From Chlorokybus atmophyticus (Eukaryota > Plantae > Mesostigma and Chlorokybus algae): 64,000 nucleotides of DNA. The notes beneath the pieces are model-generated. The model worked only from the letters and a program-made list of their open reading frames with translations. It searched no databases and was not told the origin of the DNA. Within the stretch, counting starts at the first letter, position 1. Every line of letters begins with the position of its first letter. Position numbers and translations under genes: made by a program. Where the stretch lies: positions 66,274-130,273 of the forward strand of contig RHPI01001559.1 in NCBI GenBank assembly GCA_009103225.1. Reading direction: 5' to 3'. This document shows, piece by piece, positions 1 to 13,678 of this stretch.

Positions 1-1099
1 GATGTCATCGTAGTGGACGACGACACAGAAGCGGTCTTGACACATTTGCATGCGATAATATTGTAAGCGGGTCACACCATAAAAAAGGCTCAAGTTAAAA
101 TCCAAGCAGATGCACATTTTATACAAGACTACATGATTAACTACGGAATGATTGATAACAACAATGAGGAGCAAGCTATGTTGTGCGTATAAGATAAAAC
201 AATATAGCAACATCTCGGGACCAAACTTATCAACCAATACCTTTTTAGCATCATGGTGATTAACAAAGGTAAAAGCTAAGTAGTACTAACTAATGTCACT
301 GTATTTTGGTCATGCTCAGCATGTTCATGTCTTATGATTGGCGTAAAAATAAACGTATATAATTTCAATACAAAACTTGTGCCCTTTATGAAGACCCTCC
401 CCCCTTCATTTTTACGACCCCACCCCCCCTTCAAGCATATGCCCGCATGTGCGTAGGCACACATAGCATGCATGCATGCATGCACTCGCGCATACGCACA
501 ATGACACGCGCACTTGCGCACACACGTGCATGTTGCATCACATCACGCAGCCACTTTGATGGATTTAAAAGTGCAAGCTATAAGCTAACATCATCTGTTG
601 TGGTACATGTATAATTGCACACTTATATTGGTAAAGTTATAACAAACACACTTGCGGAGGTTCATGGACTTCAGCTTTGATTGAAAAGAGCTCATTGAGA
701 GCTTTCAACGATGTCAACATTAACCTATCAACCAAATGACCGACCACTGAAGGTGGTTAACGCCCAACACTGGTGTTACACCGGCGGTCAATCAGTGAAC
801 AACAAAGCCAAAATAGTTCACTCATCTGAGTATCAGTGTCACTACTTCACTCTAATGTAGGGTCACGTGATAGCCTACGAGCTTTGTCGTTAGCGATGGC
901 GGCGGCGGCGGATAGTGTTAAGGATGAGGATGGGTCTCAAACTTGCTCTTGCCATGATGATGATGGTTGGTCCGATGTATTTCTGGCCTGGAGTCGAGCT
1001 ATATAAACCAGGCCGGGGCTGCTACAGATTGTATAACACAGTACGTGCTTGCATTCAGCTGCATTAGGCGGCAAGCAGAGTGTGGTGTAGTGCAGCATC

Positions 1100-2892
1100 A
1101 TGGCTGCGGCGGCGACATGGCTGCTGATGCTGGTGGTCTGCTCAAGCATGTGCGTCTGGTCCGCCAGCGCACACGGCTACATGGCTGACCCTCCCGCCCG
1201 CAACGCCCTGTTCGGCCTCGGCTACAAGGACGCCCCCGCCAACTACTGCGAGCACTGCCTCAATGCTGGTGGCGTTGGGGTGAGTTTTTGCCAAGTGTTT
1301 CATGCTGCCTCCTTGTTGCATGCATGGATGCTGTAGTGTACTTGTGTTTGTGCTGTTCACGCTGCCAATGCGCTAACTGGTCTTGTGCATGTGTTTGTGT
1401 TTGTGCGGGCAGACGGTCTCACTCGGACAGACTGTCAAGTGGCCAGCTGGCAAGCACGGAATCTGCGGCGATGCGTGGAACGTCAACCAGGACCACATGG
1501 TGCGTGTGTGCGCACGTATGTTCGAGTATCAGAATAAGAACCCAACATACCCTTTACTAAGCGAGTTTGCTGCATTACAGGCGGGTGGGAAGTACGCCAA
1601 CGGCCTCGTCGCCAAGTACTACCAAGTGGGCCAGTCCATCACCGTCACTGTGGTCATCGCATCCCACCACATGGGCGCAGTCGAGTTCCGCCTCTGCCCT
1701 CTATCCAACCCCAGCGTCACCAACGAGGCCACACAGGCAAGTGTACACACCCACTCTCGCACATGTCCACCCGCCGTTCTCAGCTCGCTAACCAGTGTTG
1801 TGTTTCACAGGCTTGCTTCAACCAGCACATCCTCCGGAGGTCAGATGGGAAAGGCCAGTGGTGGTTCCTCCCCACGGCGGCACCCGGCGGCGGACCCTAC
1901 ACCTACACGATGCAGTACACTCTCCCCGCCAGCGTCAAGTGCGAGCGATGCGTACTCCAATGGCACTACCTCACTGGCAACAAGTAAGGATGATTGGTGT
2001 CGTTATTCTACTGTGTGCGTGTACTCATGTGTGTGTGCGTCATCCTGACTGACTGATTCACTCTGCTCTGCAGTTGCAACAAGCCCGGTTGGCCCGTGGG
2101 CAAGGTGCCCACATTGAACCCTGCCTTGGGCTACTGCGGTCAGGGAGTTGCCCCTTACCCTGAGGAGTTCTGGAACTGCGCCGACATCTCCATCGGTTAC
2201 CCCGCAAAGACACCCGCCAACGCTCCCGGATACGGATGCTACACCGCTAGCAACACCCAGGCGGGCACGTGCGAACACAACCCCGACGCTTGCGGCTGGT
2301 CCACGGTGAGAACTACATGTTGTGTTACTACTACAACACACAGTCAAGCTCTGTGCACCCCAACAGCGACGAGTCCACACTGACCTAACAATATGTTGTT
2401 GTTGTTGTTGTTGTGTCGCAGGTCTACAACACGATGGCGTTCTGCTGCAAGCCCGGCAACGCCTTTGCAGGCGGGTGCACCTCCAACCCCACCACCCCTT
2501 CCCCCACCCCCTCCCCTACACCTTCCCCCACCCCCTNNNNNNNNNNNNNNNNNNNNNNNNNNNNNNNNNNNNNNNNNNNNNNNNNNNNNNNNNNNNNNNN
2601 NNNNNNNNNNNNNNNNNNNNNNNNNNNNNNNNNNNNNNNNNNNNNNNNNNNNNNNNNNNNNNNNNNNNNNNNNNNNNCCCCCTCCCCTACCCCCTCACCC
2701 ACACCTTCACCCACTCCCTCACCCACTCCTGGAGGCAGCGGTTGTTACGTCGCCAGCGCGTGGTGGCCGAAGCGCGACTGCGGGCCCAACCCTTCCGCGT
2801 GCAACTGGGGTCCCGGCTCGGTGTGGACCACGTACGCCGAGTGCTGCAAGGCGGGACAGGCGCACGTGTTGGGATGCGGGATGGCCAACTAA
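1100..2892 (+). CDS. Secreted lytic polysaccharide monooxygenase, AA15/AA10-like, with PT linker and two C-terminal Cys-rich modules; 6 exons (1100-1279, 1413-1499, 1581-1736, 1811-1983, 2074-2305, 2422-2892)
   Basis: Signal peptide MAAAATWLLMLVVCSSMCVWSASA is followed directly by His1 (HGYMADPPARN). Also CGD, ASHHMG (second His), CERCVLQWHY and EEFWNCADI. Exons join in frame at GT/GC-AG sites; one N-gap lies in the linker. Confidence 0.88.
2480..2730 (+). repeat. Coding 12-bp tandem repeat encoding (PSPT)n linker, partly in an assembly gap
   Basis: ccccacccccTc-type units flank gap 2537-2677 and translate as PSPTPSPT on both sides. Confidence 0.85.
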
Positions 2893-3645
2893 AAGAGGAG
2901 GGCACCTTCCAATGTGGGGTATATATACATTCAACGAGTCGACATTCGACTGTAGGATAGTTATTGCGACAGGCTAGGAAGCTTTGCTTCCGGCGGTGGA
3001 TTCGTCTGCAGCGCGCGGCATATGCACGCGTGTGGTAGGTTGGAGCGCACATGTACGCAGCAGAGAAGTACATTCTTGGAGCATGACACATTGTTGTGCT
3101 GTTTGTGTAGTGTAGACATGACTGATGAGCTGCTTGCAGTATCATCAACAGAGCAGAGCGCTACAGGCGCAGTAGAGGTTGTATACAAATAGGAGCGCTT
3201 TGCAAAGTTTGTTTTGGAGATCTATTGAAGGACGCATTCTTCTCGATTTCAAATGTGCAAGCATGGCTCAATGTGAATGCTTTCTCTTTCCCTGCTTAAT
3301 GATACTGCAAGCAGCTCATCAGCATGTCTACACCACACGAGCACGCACGCACGCTCGCACGCACACTTGTTTACTCTACTGTAGGCGTGAAACAACCAGA
3401 AACTCTCCTCTATGCTTGCTTGCTTGGTGCACACACAATATCACAATGCTGAATCACCTACCTACTACCAGCCCGCACCAAGTCCAAAGCAATCTCAGTT
3501 GCAAAAGAGAATATATCAACAATGTACGCGTGAGAGTAGTGCAGCTACCCAACACCAGCAACATATATATATACAGTCTGAAGCCATAGCACGCTTGCGT
3601 GTCCATGTGTCTGTTTGACAAACCAACCATTCCTGCAGGAGAATT

Positions 3646-5176
3646 TCAGTAGCCGGTTGAGTTGATGAAGTCCTGAAGGTACTGAATCTTGGCCTCGCGA
3701 GCGGCGGCCACATTGGCGACGAGGTCTCTGATGGACAGCACGCCGGTGAGCTTGCCGTTGTCCACGACGGGCAGATGACGGAACTGCTTCTCTGTCATAA
3801 TCGCCATACAGTCTTCCACCCTGTAAAATGTTGGCAATTAGAAGTGAGTGCTACGAAGCGATTTGCAACAGAGAAGGTGTTCGGTTACACATTCTCTGTG
3901 GACGCTGTCGAAATGCGTGCACTGTCATGCCAACCTGGACCAGCGTGATGTCATTTATGGTTGAAGTGCAATAACACTCCAGGGATTAACACCACTACAC
4001 AACAACAACATAAACTCAACTTACCCATATGTGGAGTCCACGACGACCATCTTCTCGTACGGCGTCATGATGTCGGTGACGGGCGTGTTCAGGCCTGACA
4101 AGCCTTTGGTCACAATCTTGCGCAAGTAATCGCGCTCTGTGACTATTCCCATCACCTTCTCTCCTTGCATTACAATGGCGCTGCCCACCTGTTCAACAAG
4201 TTTGATTTCTTAGGAAGACACAGCATGTCATTTGCACAAAGCAAGCATGCATATGTACAAATTGATACTGTCATATGCTGGCATCATGTTGTGTGCATGA
4301 TATGCTCAAGTGCACGGCGTTGAATGCACAAAGGCACCTCGTTGTCAACCATGGACTTGACAGCGTCCAGGCAGTTGAGCTTGGAATCGACAGAGAACAC
4401 AAACGCCTGCCTGCGCGTGTTGCTCAGCTTGTTGAGTATGTCCTTGACGGGCTCCTGCTCCGCGCGCAAGTCCTCCTGAACTGCAACCCAACACACAATA
4501 GCATGTGAATTGCGTGTTGTGTGCACCTTAACTGTGTTTGATGGGGGTTGCACCGCATCACTGACTGTCCTGTAATATGCTGTGCCTTGCTGTAATTGTT
4601 GTCAATGTCAACAGTTAACGGCACTGAAACTCGCTTTTTACTGTGCAGTGGCATGCGATTCGTGCAATGCTTTATCTGTACAAGGCAACTTGTTGGTTTG
4701 TGCGTTTAGGCTGCAGAACATAAGTGGGCATGACACAAAAGGGCAGTCGAGGCAATACACAGCAGTCCGAGTTAGGGTTTGCTGCGTGAGAGACATGTGT
4801 GTGACCAACACCTAGTGGGACATGCCGAGTGCGCTTTGCCGGTACATCTGTGTCAAAATGCACGTGTAAGTCTCTCTCTTCCACACGCTGCACGAGGTCA
4901 TGCAGGTATTGCGAATGACTGAGTAGCAAGCATGCAATATGACAGCTGCCGCAAAGTAACCTACCAAACTGACTGACTACTTGCATTACCCTGGCTGAGT
5001 TGACATACTGGAGAGGCGAACAGGGAGAAGCCGTGACGCTGCTGGTGCTGGGGGGGGGACGGCGACCACACCCTGGTCGACAGGGAGGCGGCGTAGCAGC
5101 TCCGCCGCGCCCCCGTCGCCGCCCCCGCCGCCGCCCTCGCCGCCAAAGCCAGGCGGCAAGCTCCACTCCGCAGCAT
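3646..5176 (-). CDS. Mitochondrial CBS-domain pair protein (CBSX3-like), multi-exon
   Basis: Arg/Ala/Ser-rich transit-like N-terminus MLRSGACRLALAARAAAG; exons LNCLDAVKSMVDNE, VGSAIVMQGEKVMGIVTERDYLRKIV and VEDCMAIMTEKQFRHLPVVDNGKLTGVLSIRDLV...QDFINSTGY*. Confidence 0.85.
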
Positions 5177-6429
5177 AGTCAAGCCCCTGCTGCTGCTGCT
5201 GCTGCTGCGCGACTTAGCACTGAGTCAATAGCTTGCTGACCACTCTGGACGCCTGCGCACGCAGAGCACAGCGATCCTCCCAGCCCCGTCACCAACGACG
5301 CCGCCGCCGCCCACAACGACGACAACGTCAATGCACAGCAATCAATGCTGCTGCTTACTGCATTGATTGTGTTTGTTGAGAGTGGAATGCATTGATGTAG
5401 CCTCGGGCCGACGATCAACCGGTCGGTACCGGCTCGACGGTGTTATCTGACTAAACGCCAACCGGAGAGATCTTTGTGCGGGGCCGGTCATTTGTCAGCG
5501 GCCGTGCTGACGTCAGGCGGGGCTGATGTCAGTTGATTTGTGACTAGGCGGCCTAGTCTAGGCCCTAGAGGCTGGGTACTTCCACAGCGGAAGTTTCATT
5601 AGGGAAGGGGGGGGNNNNNNNNNNNNNNNNNNNNNNNNNNNNNNNNNNNNNNNNNNNNNNNNNNNNNNNNNNNNNNNNNNNNNNNNNNNNNNNNNNNNNN
5701 NNGGGGGGGACGAAGTGTTTCGTAAAACCATAAAAAGCAGTCTTTCCGACCCTTCAGCTAACGGCAATTGACGGGACGACTCGTTAATTGACGGAAGCCA
5801 AGCGTAAAGCTACCTCGGCATTTGACGGTGCTCTCGGAAGATTGAGAGCGTTGAAGGTTTTAATAGACTGATCCGTTGCTTCTATGGTACAACAATAACA
5901 ACAAGAAACATGTCATTTCCATGTGCACATGCAGGGGGGGCGGGGGGTAGAGTAGAAGGGCCCGGATTACTAGTTCACACAGCACATGACACATCGCAGC
6001 AAGTACACATCAATCACGAAGCAGCCACGAAGTACTCTATCACCGCTCTACCGACAAAAACAAAACTTTATTCATGGGATGGTTGCTATGTGCAAGGATG
6101 CATGCAACCAAGGCACATAAAGACATGCAGCAAGTATGTAGATGGCATTGACAAACATATATTGTTATCGCTTGTTATGATGTTCAAGGTAAAAGAATCA
6201 CACTGTAATCCACATATATCACGTCACTGTCTTCACCAAAGCGTATAGCTTATGAATAGGTGTGGATATGTACACTAGTCGCAACACTTGCAATGTTCTT
6301 AGCACATTCGCCTTTCTACCAGGAAGTGCGTTGAAATGTAACACTTCTATTAAGCAAACAACATATGAGCAACTCACAAAAATACATGGCGACATCACAC
6401 TTTCAGCCTGCATCATAGTGGCTACTGCA

Positions 6430-8394
6430 TTATGTCACAGCAATGCGAGGCAGCGTTCTGCTTGAACTGCTCAGCTTGTCTATAACCCGTTGACTGATGT
6501 TAATGTACGCCTGCGCACTGGCACTCTCGGGAGCAACAGCTACTATCGGCTTGCCAGCATCTGAAGTCTCGCGAATTTTGGTGACAAGGGGCACCTACGC
6601 GTATAGCCATTTGTCAATGCACGCAAGCACGCCATCAAGCGAATCAGAACAACAACAAGAAAAGACAACTTGTTCATTCTTGTTGTCTGAACAAGACGTC
6701 TGAACAAACGGACACCAATCGCTGGCAATTGTTGCAATCATGCTGCCACTGCGCTGGCATGTAGAAGACTCATGGCATTACCTCCCCAAGGAACTCCATG
6801 TCCATCTCTTGCGCTGTCTGCTTGCCTCCGCCTTCGCCAAATATGTATGACTTCGAGCCACAGTGCTCGCAAGCATGATAGCTCATATTCTCAACAAGGC
6901 CCAGGATCTGAGCCAACAACAGATTCTCAGTCACAGGTGTTACTGCATGAAGTATAATAGTAGCTCAACACAGTTTGCTTCTGTGCAAGCACAACGCGCT
7001 TACGGGAACATCAACTTTTCGGAACATGGCAGCCCCACGGCGTGCATCGATCAGAGCGATCTCCTGCGGCGTGGTCACAATAACTGCTCCTGAGTACACA
7101 CGGCCACATGTTAAAACGTCATGCACATTTATTTGTATCACGCAAATGGCAGGAGTGCGTGAACTTACCGGCGAGAGGGACACGCTGCGTGAGACTGAGC
7201 TGCGCATCGCCCGTGCCAGGGGGCATGTCCACAATCAGTACATCCAACTCACCCCACGCAGTTCCTCGCACGAGCTTCTCCAGCGCACTCATCACCTAAT
7301 TTGAGTCACCCAGCATCAAGAAGCCAACACTCAGTCGTCCGTGCATCTGCCAACCCACAATCCTACGAGCACATGAGAAAGAAGCTAACAATACATGAAG
7401 CAGCCAAACAGTCACTGACAGCATTTGTGCACTGCATGAAGCTGGCGTGCAACAGTATTGAGTATGCTCACAGTTCTATTGTTACTAAGCAATACTAGCA
7501 GTAAGAGGGAGGCACAACGATAAGCATGTGCTTACCATAGGCCCTCGCCACACAGCAGGTGCACCATCATCCATAAGAAACCCCATGGACATGCAGGATA
7601 TCCCATAGTTCTGCAGGGGTATCATCCGACTGTCTGCGGCACATACCTGAGTCACCAAACCCTATCAATCGCACATGCAGACATTCTGTGCCCGCGTGAC
7701 ACCACACATCAACGCATACATGCACCAATTGTAAACATGCGCAACCCGCAATGCACCATTTCGCATTGGTGCATACGTGATTGGTCCTGAATAGTTTATG
7801 ATGCCAGGATTGCTTACCGCATGCGTGTTGTTTCATAAGCTATACTGTGCTCACCTCTGTCCAGCTGAGGGCGGCCTCTGAGGTTCATAAGGCGAGGAAC
7901 AGACGGCCCGTAGATGTCTGCATCCAGAAGGCCGACACGAATCTTCCTCTGTGCGCCGCTATCGCCAAACCTCTCTTGCATTGCCATGGCGGCTGCCAGG
8001 TTTGCTGCAATCAAGGAAGAAGCAAAGGCCACTCTTTACCATAACACAACTGACCGACGCACCATCTACACGCAATCAGTGCAACAACTCCTGCGGCAAC
8101 ATCAAGGTTGCGAATTTCAACAGTCAAGTGAGCAAGCCAATGACAGGTGAGCATCAATGGCGCATGCTTACCGGCAGTGGTAGATTTGCCAACGCCTCCC
8201 TTTCCAGAGGCCACGGCGATGACATGCTGGACGCCAGGGATAGCATCCAAACCCGTCGGCAACCCCTTCCTAGCCTGACCGGCGGGCGCCCCCCTTCCCA
8301 CCGCAGCCGCAGCGGCGGCAGAGAAGCTCCGCCTTGCATGCGCAGACAACATGCTGTGCATGCTGCTGTGCCTGTGTATTTGCTCTAGCCCCAT
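6430..8394 (-). CDS. IND1: Mrp/NBP35-family P-loop ATPase, mitochondrial complex I Fe-S assembly factor IND1/NUBPL; start could be a downstream ATG (MHSML/MLSAH)
   Basis: [87 protein letters not shown] (CxxC), [16 protein letters not shown]. No N-terminal ferredoxin or DUF59 domain; presequence-like N-terminus. Confidence 0.9.
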
Positions 8395-8732
8395 TCACCT
8401 GCCGTTTTTCGTGTTATGTTCAACAACAAAACAACTTCCGTTTGTTTTGACGGCCGGCGAAACGGCAAATTGCACTACGGTGAGTCACTACCTGCTAGTG
8501 CGAGGGAGTCTTCTGGAAAACCCCCATTAAACCTAGGTGTGACTTCCATTCACCCGTCCCGTTGCCTGCCAACCATATCCACCAGCCGCGGCCCCCAAGA
8601 ACTAACCATTTATATGTTTTTAATTCAGACGCTTCCCGCCACGCAGGCGCTGCTGCACACGCTGACACAATATCTCTTTTTCCCCACACAGCCAACCTCG
8701 CCCTTCCTCTCAGCCCTAAGCTCAGCGCAGCG

Positions 8733-11654
8733 ATGGCGGTGGCGGCGGTGGACGAGGAGGAGGCGGCCGCGAAGGGGGTAGCGGCGGGGGCGGGGGGTGT
8801 TTTGGCAGTAGTAATGCTGTCGAAGCGCCCCTCGCCCCCGCCGCCCGATGAACAAGAAGAGTCCGACTGGCAGACGCTGCCGGCGGACCTGCTGAGACGA
8901 GTCTGCGAGCTTGCTGGTGGAAAGGCCACGGCCGCTGTTGCAAAAGTGTGCAGGTAGGTAGCCATAATGCAGGCTCCTCCATGTTCTTGGCCTCGTTTGA
9001 AGCTTGGTTTGACGTGGTTGCCGAGCTGACTTTGTCGACTCGGTCCGGCCCAGACAGTTATTTTCGGGCTTGCCTGTGCTTCAGTGCGTGCAGCGAAGCT
9101 GCAGCAATTGCATGCATGCCGTATTGTTGTTGTCGAGCATGGCTGGCAGCACAGGCAGTCTGTCACGTCGTTTATGAGCAATTGCCGCCGCCTGCTCAGT
9201 TGGCGCACTGTTTGTTCACAATTGTCCAGTCAGCTTACTTGCTTGGCAGCTTGCTGCGTCTCGCATTATTCGGGTTAGCTTGTGTGGTCGAAATCCTGTC
9301 GTCATGCCATCTCGCAGTAGCCTGAACTAAATTCTTCACCTGGCAGCCAGAAGTAAATTTGTTGCTCGGCCATTCGCAAGCTGCACCTGTGCTGCAACTG
9401 AATGTTGCGCGTTTGGCAGGTCGTGGCGAGATGTCGCTGCAAGTGATGAGCTGTGGCAGGATTTCTGTGCTGCTGACTTTCAGATCAGCGCCAAAGCAGC
9501 CAGCAGCCCAAAGAAGCAGCCCAGCTGGAAGGCAACATATGCGAAGTGGGCTTTCCTGCCCAACAACTGGAAGAATGCACAGGTTTGCATGTGCCTGCCC
9601 TGTGCTTCTTTTATTGCACCTTGCTGCCTACTGGATGCCCCAGGAGGCAACATACCAACACAACACACGGCTGTTTGCGTGAACAGCTTCCGTGTCCAGA
9701 CATTGCGATACACGCTGTGTGCAGCACTTGCTTGTTGTGTGATTGACCTTGCTCAAGCACCAACATTTCTGCCTGCCAGTTCCGCATTCAGGAGCATCGC
9801 GTCCAAGCCAAGTGCTTTGAGGCCGGCGGCTCCATGCGAGTCACCTCCTGTATGTTGGCGGCTGGTGATAAGGTTTGTCTTCTGACTGTCCACAGTTACA
9901 TGCACGCTATACATGCTGCATTGTCTCTCTTGTGCTATAGTGCGCATGCTGGTGCTGTGACAGTACTATTGTGCACAGGTTGCTCACTGTGGGGTCACGT
10001 TGCAGGTGTTCTCTATGCACACACCAAAGATGCAGTCAACACCAAGCTTGCACCTGTGGAACCTGACGGACAACAAGTGCACTGACCTCAGCCACTTCTT
10101 GCATGGCCGCCACAGTCCGCGAGTGTATGCAGGTGAGTCCTGTTGAGGCAAAGCTGAGTGCTCGTTTGTCATGTACTTTCAAGTTTCATATTGCACAATT
10201 ACCCACACCTGCACAGCAAGGAGAGCTCAGACTGTCAGTCGTGTGCTCATGTTGGCCAGTTTTCCTCCAAGTAGTCCAATTCTGTCATGCATTCTTTGTT
10301 TTGACAGTGGAATAGAGCCATTCCTGTTCGCTGACTGGTGGTGTGTGCAGACGAGCATGGTGCAGTAGTACTTGAGCACTCTGGTGCTGAGTTACAAGTT
10401 CTGGCGTTCGAGACACTGGATAATGGAACCATAAGGCAACGCCTTGAGGGCGTGTATGACTGCCCTGGGGTGGTCACTTATGCCGACAGTCGCCAAGTTG
10501 TGTATCAGAGCGGACGCAGCTTTCATCTGCGCCAGTTACCCAACATGCAGCCAGTCAACATCCTTCAGGTGCCTGCCGTGCCCAACAGCTTCTGTCTACA
10601 GCGCACTTGTGAACTGCACTTGGGCTGTGCTGCAACTTGCGAATTTTGCTTGCAACTTAGGCGCCGTGGAATCTGCAAGTACGCTGCTATGCTGTTGTGG
10701 ATGGAGACCTGCACGTGGCAGGTTGGTATTGACACCGCTCGCTCCGCAATTACTCCTTTGTTCCAATGTTATATGCTCTGCCATATTGTGATGTGACATC
10801 AAGTCTCCTTCGCAGGCTACTCTGAATCCTGCATAGTGGCTTTCAATGTAGCCAAGGGCAATCAAGTGTGCTGCATCGCACATGACGAACCCAGCAATTA
10901 TGGCATGTGCCTGCAGGTATGCACGTGACATCCAAACACGTGAGGGTCTACCAAAAGATTTGTATGTTATTAGACTATCACTGGCCAGCTACGCCTGGAT
11001 CTTTGCTTTGCTGGATGCTAGCAGCCATTTTTTTAGGCCAACGGCTAGAATGTGCTTCGTTTGCACAGGGCAACAAGGTTGGCCTGCTGTCGGAAGACGA
11101 GCTTTGTGTCTGGGATGTCTGCACAGGGCGGCTGCTTTCAAAGGTGCTGCTGCTGCCACAAAAGGCCCGCCCAGATGTCTTTGCGATGTGCGGCGACTGG
11201 GCAGTCACTCAAGTCTTATCCGAGTTCTCTGATGAGGCACTGATGCTGAGGTTAGTGCAAGCTTGTGCCCTGCGATTGCGGCTACCTGTTGGCTCCTTAT
11301 AGGCTTTGTCCATGAGTCCCGAGTCTACAGACTTGTCAAACCTGCATGTTGGCTTGCTTTTCAAGCCCTTCAACACTTTTTAGCACGTTTGACAATTCTT
11401 CTCATGCTACTGTCAACAGGAGGGAGCGGGTAGGATGCTATCTTCTTTTTATGAACTGGGCGACAGGGGTCAAGCAGTGGTTGGCCGTGTCGCGCAATGG
11501 CCAGTACGAGGTGGCGAAACAGCCGAGGTTTGCATTTGAAGAGCAAATGTTCAAGTGCAAGGACATCTACCTGACTCCTCGGCGATTGGTCGCACGCCTC
11601 GACTGGTCCCCTTTTTGCCCCTCCACACTCCTGGCGCTGGACTACCTCGTATGA
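8733..11654 (+). CDS. F-box protein with probable beta-propeller-like C-terminus; internal exon structure only partly resolved
   Basis: Exon 1 ends DWQTLPADLLRRVCELAGGKATAAVAKVCR (F-box-like). Later exons contain beta-strand repeats, e.g. ELCVWDVCTGRLLSKV; terminal exon ...STLLALDYLV*. Confidence 0.6.
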
Positions 11655-12927
11655 AGTATGTAGTTGTTATGTACATAACTCGGATTAGTTTGCAGGTATA
11701 CAGTCGAAGCAGTTAGGAGTTTTTGGTAGCTATCTCAGGGCATCCAGCTAGGGATGCCGTACATGGGGTAAGTTTTTGTATGTGCGTTTGCATGTGCCTG
11801 CCTTGAATATCTTATGTGATATCTTATGTGATGTACATCACCACTCATGACTGGCAAATATCGTGAACATTTGTTTATGTCGTCTGTACAGTGAACGGTT
11901 TTGGGCTTCCTTCATTGTTGGCGCGCATGCAGAGCTATGCGTGTTGGAGGCATTGCTCTTGCTGCATTGTGCGCTCAGATGTGCACCAACAGCCATGCGA
12001 ATGCTGTGTGTGCGAGGTGTTGGAGGTCAAGCGGGAGGCTGTCTTCACATTCAGCCATTGCATTGCATGCTGCCTTGGCCCAACTTGAAGAGACGACTTC
12101 AGCCATGGTGCCTAACCAAAATATGCTGCTAGATGTCACAGGGACCTGCAGCAATATCTGGAAGTCCCCTGTGACTGTGCAGGGCGCGCAGGCATGGCAA
12201 TGCTGGCCATGGAATTGGCCAAGCATTGCAAGCATAGCAACCACATGGCGGGCAATGCTCGCTACCCCCTGATGTTCGAGAGTCATGGCGCCATGGGTAA
12301 CAAGTGACAGATTCTATCGTGTCTTGCAGATGTGTGCCCGCCTTATCCGAGAGCACAAGGCAGGTGCCGCGACGCCAAGGGGAATTTGTAAATTGTCAGC
12401 AGCCAAAGTTGCGCTTGTTACAACGCAGGCCCTGCGATGACGGAGCAGCAGTGGTAATGGGCTGGATGCTGGTCCCACCGGATTTTTACCACGGAGGTCG
12501 AGTTGCAGCGCGGGTGGTGGCTGAGAGAGGCGGCAGCAGGTGGTATGGACAGGCAACGGCAGGCGACAGCGCCTACAGTGCAATGCTTGTGAGGGCAGCA
12601 GCTGATGTAATGAGTGTGCAGTAGGGGGCTAGTTGGGCACAGTGTGTGGAGCGTGTGGTGTGCAGGAGAGTGTGACAGCGTGCTGCGGTATTGGGTGAAT
12701 GCATGCTGCACTAGAGGACTGTCGCCTCCGTGCGTCTGCCGCGGGTGTGAGTGCTTGACTGGCGGCGCTGCCCACTCTTCTCGGCCTTGCGCTTGTCCCA
12801 ATGACTAGTTTCAAACAGCGCACGCTTGGGCTTTCCACACCCATTACTGACGCGAGTGCACCACCGCGCCAGGCGGGACTGTGGTAAATCAGTAACAGTC
12901 TGGCTTGACGCCAGCCTTGCTGGGGGG

Positions 12928-13678
12928 NNNNNNNNNNNNNNNNNNNNNNNNNNNNNNNNNNNNNNNNNNNNNNNNNNNNNNNNNNNNNNNNNNNNNNNNN
13001 NNNNNNNNNNNNNNNNNNNNNNNNNNNNNNNNNNNNNNNNNNNNNNNNNNNNNNNNNNNNNNNNNNNNNNNNNNNNNNNNNNNNNNNNNNNNNNNNNNNN
13101 NNNNNNNNNNNNNNNNNNNNNNNNNNNNNNNNNNNNNNNNNNNNNNNNNNNNNNNNNNNNNNNNNNNNNNNNNNNNNNNNNNNNNNNNNNNNNNNNNNNN
13201 NNNNNNNNNNNNNNNNNNNNNNNNNNNNNNNNNNNNNNNNNNNNNNNNNNNNNNNNNNNNNNNNNNNNNNNNNNNNNNNNNNNNNNNNNNNNNNNNNNNN
13301 NNNNNNNNNNNNNNNNNNNNNNNNNNNNNNNNNNNNNNNNNNNNNNNNNNNNNNNNNNNNNNNNNNNNNNNNNNNNNNNNNNNNNNNNNNNNNNNNNNNN
13401 NNNNNNNNNNNNNNNNNNNNNNNNNNNNNNNNNNNNNNNNNNNNNNNNNNNNNNNNNNNNNNNNNNNNNNNNNNNNNNNNNNNNNNNNNNNNNNNNNNNN
13501 NNNNNNNNNNNNNNNNNNNNNNNNNNNNNNNNNNNNNNNNNNNNNNNNNNNNNNNNNNNNNNNNNNNNNNNNNNNNNNNNNNNNNNNNNNNNNNNNNNNN
13601 NNNNNNNNNNNNNNNNNNNNNNNNNNNNNNNNNNNNNNNNNNNNNNNNNNNNNNNNNNNNNNNNNNNNNNNNNNNNNN
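12928..13678. other. Assembly gap (others at 2537-2677, 5615-5702, 16066-16603, 18974-19470, 47008-47301)
   Basis: N runs flanked by poly-G or microsatellites; ORFs crossing them are artefacts. Confidence 0.99.

Noticed and set aside
11860-12630. Possible small gene downstream of the F-box gene
   Set aside because: No recognisable motif or coherent start; cannot support a call.
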